A DNA stretch of 64,000 nt from Eledone cirrhosa (lineage: Eukaryota), in NCBI GenBank assembly GCA_964016885.1, contig OZ024741.1, positions 277,326,001-277,390,000 of the forward strand, read 5' to 3'. The translations under genes and the position numbers were made by a program. The notes beneath the pieces were generated by a model. It did not search any database. It had not been told where the DNA came from and was given only the letters and a program-made list of their open reading frames with translations. Numbering within the stretch: position 1 is the stretch's first letter; each line of letters starts with the position of its first letter. Positions 59,391-64,000 of this stretch are shown here, piece after piece.

Positions 59391-59763
59391 TTCTTCCACG
59401 TTAATCTCATTTCTTCTTTCACTTAGATTTACTTACGCTGTGTATATTTATCCTTTGAAACTTATCTCTTCATGCACTCTATTTCACTATCAATATATAT
59501 AATCGTTCTTTCTTTCCTCTTCTATCTTTCTCCTTTCTTTTTTCTTTTTTTCTTTTTTTCTCTCTCCCTTACATATCTTCTTCCAACAGTTTAATTTAAA
59601 TAAACCGTTATCTTTTCAAGATTTCGGACACTCATTTGCATACTCACTCATAACTTTGTATCACCCTCAATAAATGTACTATCTCCACTATCTAGGAAGC
59701 TCCAACTGTTAAGGTTGTCTTTTTTTTCCGGGTATGTCAATATTTATTTATAAAACAAATCTG

Positions 59764-59829
59764 TATTTTATCTGATGAAAGCGTACCATAATTTGCTTTG
59801 GTTGCCCTTGAAATATGTATAATAAAATA
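59764..59829 (+). ncRNA. Minimal type I hammerhead ribozyme
   Basis: tattttat CTGATGA aagcgtacca taatttgctt tggttgccctt GAAA tatgta TA ataaaata; flanks homologous to the 17388 copy. Confidence 0.8.
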
Positions 59830-59869
59830 AATATGGTTTTATAAATATAGTTTCCATTTATTAATATAT

Positions 59870-59919
<50 letters not shown>

Positions 59920-59935
59920 TAACAATAATAATAAT

Positions 59936-60124
59936 AATTGTTTCTACTTTAGGCACAAGGCCAGCAATTACCCAGTGCATTACTGGTACTTAATTTTATC
60001 GACCCCGTAAGGATGAAAGGCAATGTCAACCTCGGCGGGATTTGAACTCAGATCGTAAAGGGACGGAACTATGCTAGAAAGCATGGCGTCCGACCCTCTA
60101 CCGATACTGCCAATCCACCGCCCT
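59936..60124 (-). mobile_element. SINE family A
   Basis: Full-length copy. Confidence 0.9.
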
Positions 60125-60146
60125 TCATAACAATAATATTAATAAT

Positions 60147-61122
60147 GATTTCATTTATTAGCCACCAGGGCCGACATGTAGGGGACGATACAAAGACAGG
60201 GACCGTGGGGGTTTACAATAAGGTGGAGTAAAAGTGCACACTGGCAAGACTAATTTAACAATGAAAATATAAAATATAAAATAAACTATGCATAAATATA
60301 ACAAAATATATTCCCCAATGGGGGGGTGTACGACCCTGGGGTGATTCGGGTACCCCACCAATCCTGAACCACCCTACGCTTCTAGGGCACCCAGGGAGAG
60401 CACCCCTCTCCTCAGGTTAGCTAGCCTATAGGCGCATGGTCAGAGTAGGCCCATTCACACGAGCCATTCTCGCCACATTCACCCACCTTTTAGCAAATGT
60501 ACTGGGGGGCAGCACTTCTCTCTCCACCCTCACCTTCCTTTCCAGGTGAAACTTGAAGAAGTTGATGAGGGATTGGCCGAAGAGAAAAGTGTCTGTCTTT
60601 AGTCCTTTCAACCTGGTCCACCATATAATCTCTTTCGCAACTGCCACCAAACAGAGGAAAATTTCCTGCTCTTCCTGACCTAAGGAAGGCGGTGGATCGA
60701 TCTTCACTATGGACTCGGCCGATAGCCGGATTCGTTCCACACGCGACAGTAGCTGTTCGACATAACTCCACAAGTCAGTAATGCACGGACATGGGACAAG
60801 TGCGTGCAGAACGGTTTCGTCGTTTTGTGCGCATCTTGGGCAGGTCCGTCTGACAGCACTTCCGTGCCTGTAGAGTTTATCCCGAACCGGCAGTGCCCCC
60901 CGGTAGCACTGCCAAGCGAGGGATTTCTGGAAATTGTCCATCATCCCCGGCTCAAAAGTCTTCCGGTACAGACTGGTCAGTTCGACTTCGTCGAGGCCCA
61001 AAGCTTCTCCGAGTGCGTCATCGCACTTGCCCACCACTAATCCTCTATAGAACTCGAGAGTGGAAGTTCCACTGATCGCATTGCCCGCTTGGTAGAGGGC
61101 AGTGAGTGCCTGGCAACATTCC
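60147..61122 (-). mobile_element. 5'-truncated Tx1/L1-clade LINE
   Basis: ORF 60426-61229 MDNFQKSLAWQCYRGALPVRDKL..CPRCAQNDETVLHALVPC; AATAAA then ATT-rich tail. Confidence 0.85.
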
Positions 61123-61433
61123 AACAACAATAATAATAATAACAACAACGACAATAATAATATACATATATATATATATACACACACACGCACACACATA
61201 AACATATCTATACACACACACGATAGCAATTAACAGCGCTGCGATCGAATGTGGCTTTTTAGCCCAGCCAATGATCTAAAATGTCTTGCACAGAGTCGGC
61301 AACCAACCAAAACATTCACTGAGAATAGCCGGCTGTGGTAGGAGTTCATGTACTTTTGCATGACGGTTGAGCCCTCCTGTTGATTTACATTCTCTACCAC
61401 ATGCTTGGCATGTGGTAGAGAATGTAAATCAGT

Positions 61434-62056
61434 AAGTATATGGCAAACAGGGTCGGTGCTGGAATATCCCCCTGTTTCACTCCATTTTTTACTGAGATAG
61501 GCTCCGACATGTTACCTCCGACATTAACCCAAGCCTTCATGTCGTCATGGAAAGACCTAACTAAAGCAAGGAACTTATCAGGGCAACCAAGTTTCTGGGG
61601 AACCTTCCATAATGCATTTCTGTTAACAGTATCGAAAGCTTTTGTCAAATCGATAAAAACTTGATACAGATCCAAACCCTGTTTGCCATATACTTTGCAA
61701 TGGTTTTCTGCATTGCATTCAGGAATTGCGAGCATGGTGTTTACATCCGATATCGAACCTCAGGCAGCATATTTAACATCAGGCGCTTTGCTGCAAAGAC
61801 AAATGTATTTTCATCAATCATAAGAGACCTCGTGTATGCAGATGATTGCGATCTTGTAGCGCACACAGAAAGTGATATGCAGCACATTTTGAATGCATTT
61901 TCTGATGCTTGCACTGCCCTCGGATTGACTGTCAGTCTCAAGAAAACCGTCGTCATGTACCAACCTGCCCCTGGTAAGCAGTACAGTGAACCAAATATCT
62001 ATGTGTATGGTAAACGACTTGGAGTGGTTGATCAGTTTGTCTACCTGGGAAGCACA
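61434..62056. mobile_element. RTE-clade reverse transcriptase fragment with 5' inversion
   Basis: Minus: FIDLTKAFDTVNR..GVKQGDIPAPTLF; plus: TLFAIYF..LVYADD..GLTVSLKKT..FVYLGS. Confidence 0.9.
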
Positions 62057-62253
62057 TACATATATATACATACATATATACATACATATATACATACATA
62101 AATACATATATACTTAGGTTAATAGGAGTTAGGTATTGTATACCCGTGTCCCATTAAGGTATTGGCAGCATAATAATAAGCTCTATGCTTTGGAGCAGAG
62201 CCGTATATATGATAAAGAACACAAGAGCGTCTACAACATCAAAAGATTTTTAT

Positions 62254-62302
62254 TGGCTTACAATGTTTCTTCCTTACGTAACCGTAGGATTCGTCAGAGC
62301 TA
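62254..62302 (-). ncRNA. Type I hammerhead in the inverted terminal repeat of a PLE
   Basis: tagct CTGACGA a tcctacg gtta cgtaagga a GAAA cattg TA agcca, then AATAAA. Confidence 0.7.
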
Positions 62303-62897
62303 TAAAAGGGGTTTGATTGGTGTTATGGACTCTATCAACCAAATATTCAAGAACAAAGAGTAAAGAGAGTAAAGAGCAAAAGCAGGGGACGATAAGTCTA
62401 ATTTTGGTGCGGGAGGGTGGGGTGTGGGTCCTTGTTTACTAGCTGTGGTCATATTCATTCCCGGGTGTCGAGTGGTTAGTTGAGCCATAGATGGGGTGGC
62501 GTCGATAGTAGGGTGCAGAGGGTGTGCAGAGGCTACACACACGCAAAGGGCATACAATATATATATAACGGAGGAGAAAGTACAAGAGGTAATTAGAAAT
62601 GGAAAAAGAGTAATAATAATCTATAATTAATAATGTATAATAAGGCATGGGGAAGATTACACTATAATAAGGTATAAAAGTAAGAATAAGGTAAAATATA
62701 AAGGAGGATAAAAGTGAAAATAAGAATAAAGATAAAAAAAATATATATGAAAAAATATATAGAGAATATATAAAGAAATATAAGCAAGTATTAGAAAGGG
62801 AAAAACACAATGTAAAAAAAACCGATTTTTTCAAATAAAAATATTATAAATATGGGGGGAGAAAACGGGATAGAGAAATATAATCAAATATGATTAG

Positions 62898-64000
62898 TTG
62901 AAAGAATATAATTCCAGCTCCAACCACCCCCAAATCAGTCCTAAACGCTATTCCCAGGGTGTCTCTAATAGAATTAGCAGACTGTCCTGTAATGAGAGTA
63001 TCTTCAACTCCAATGCAGAGTATTATGACAAGGCAGAATCTGGTTACGGGAATAGATCATCATATATACATAAGGACTCCCAAACCATGAGTGTGAAACC
63101 TACCAACATAATCACACATAGTATGGCCACAAAGCCTAACCAACTTAGAGGCAAGAATAATAGTAAGAACCCTAATGGCGGTAACCCAGCTAAATGTAAA
63201 CCACGTAGAGACAATACTAGAGTCCCTCACCACAACTCTAAAACAGCAAATGATCATGCCATGAATATAAACCATCCGGGCTTAAGCAAAACAGACAACG
63301 CCACTAACGTTAATAACGGAACCCTACAAAATAGTACGCACAGTAACGAGACTCACCCCACAGATAAGAAAAAAAGAAGAAGGAAAAACATGTATTTTAA
63401 CCCACCTTTTAACTCTGAGGTCCTCACTAACCTCCCCAGAGTATTCTTCTCATTATTAGAAAAAAACTTCCCACCAGGCAATAGATATCGCAACATAATT
63501 AACAAAAACGTGATTAAATTATCCTATTCGACCACACCTAACCTCGCATCACACCTAGCATGCACGAACATTAGGAAAACTAGGGAAGGTTTCGAAGCAA
63601 TCAAAATGGCAGTTAACCACCAGCAACCGACTACACTGGAAAATGGGCAACATAATAGCATCACTGAGCCATCTAATGATATAGAGGCACCTAGTGATAA
63701 TGCTAGTAACCAAAGTTCGGGAGGTACGCTAACTGATCGAACCCGCAGTTGCAATTGTAGGCGGAGTAGTAATTGTCACCTAAGGGGGGCTTGCCTCATG
63801 AAAAACATCGTATATGCATGTGACGTAACCACACACAACTCTACCAAAACATATATAGGATCAACGTCCAATACATTTAAAACTAGATTTAACGCGCATA
63901 TGTACACATTTAGACACGATAGACATAAGAATGCCACCTCACTGGCGGGATACATCTCCTTTTTAAAAAATAATAGTACCCCATACCAACTTTTTTGGAA
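62898..64000 (+). CDS. Penelope-like (Naiad-type) retroelement ORF, 5'-truncated: RT thumb, linker and GIY-YIG endonuclease; runs off the window
   Basis: Stop-free frame read by hand: SNHP, NRISRLSCNE, YFNPPF, KLSYS, CNCRRSSNCHLRGACL, IVYAC..TYIGSTSNTFKTRFNAH; absent from the ORF track because no stop is reached. Confidence 0.9.
   Translation, partial: MKEYNSSSNHPQISPKRYSQGVSNRISRLSCNESIFNSNAEYYDKAESGYGNRSSYIHKDSQTMSVKPTNIITHSMATKPNQLRGKNNSKNPNGGNPAKCKPRRDNTRVPHHNSKTANDHAMNINHPGLSKTDNATNVNNGTLQNSTHSNETHPTDKKKRRRKNMYFNPPFNSEVLTNLPRVFFSLLEKNFPPGNRYRNIINKNVIKLSYSTTPNLASHLACTNIRKTREGFEAIKMAVNHQQPTTLENGQHNSITEPSNDIEAPSDNASNQSSGGTLTDRTRSCNCRRSSNCHLRGACLMKNIVYACDVTTHNSTKTYIGSTSNTFKTRFNAHMYTFRHDRHKNATSLAGYISFLKNNSTPYQLFW

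Overview
This is AT-rich, microsatellite-saturated animal genomic DNA. The tRNA-derived SINE families and repeat landscape look like an octopus (coleoid cephalopod) genome, which is an inference. I recognise no host protein-coding exon, so the window is probably intronic or intergenic, and most ORFs in the track are translations of simple repeats. The recognisable coding remnants are all transposon-derived: two Tx1/L1-type LINE 3' ends, four RTE pieces (one with a 5' inversion), CRE-type and R4/Dong-type restriction-like endonucleases, a hATm-like transposase, and four Penelope-like element (PLE) segments. One PLE segment is a 367-codon uninterrupted Naiad-type frame running off the right edge that the ORF track misses. 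Non-coding elements include about 20 copies of one SINE family, CORE-type SINEs, Helitrons and several MITEs. The most striking signal is a dense set of minimal type I hammerhead ribozymes: 8 with complete cores that I folded by hand, plus about 14 degenerate or half motifs. They sit in short, often palindromic fold-back PLE-terminus cassettes embedded in (TA)n tracts. All folds and coordinates were read by eye; no search was run.
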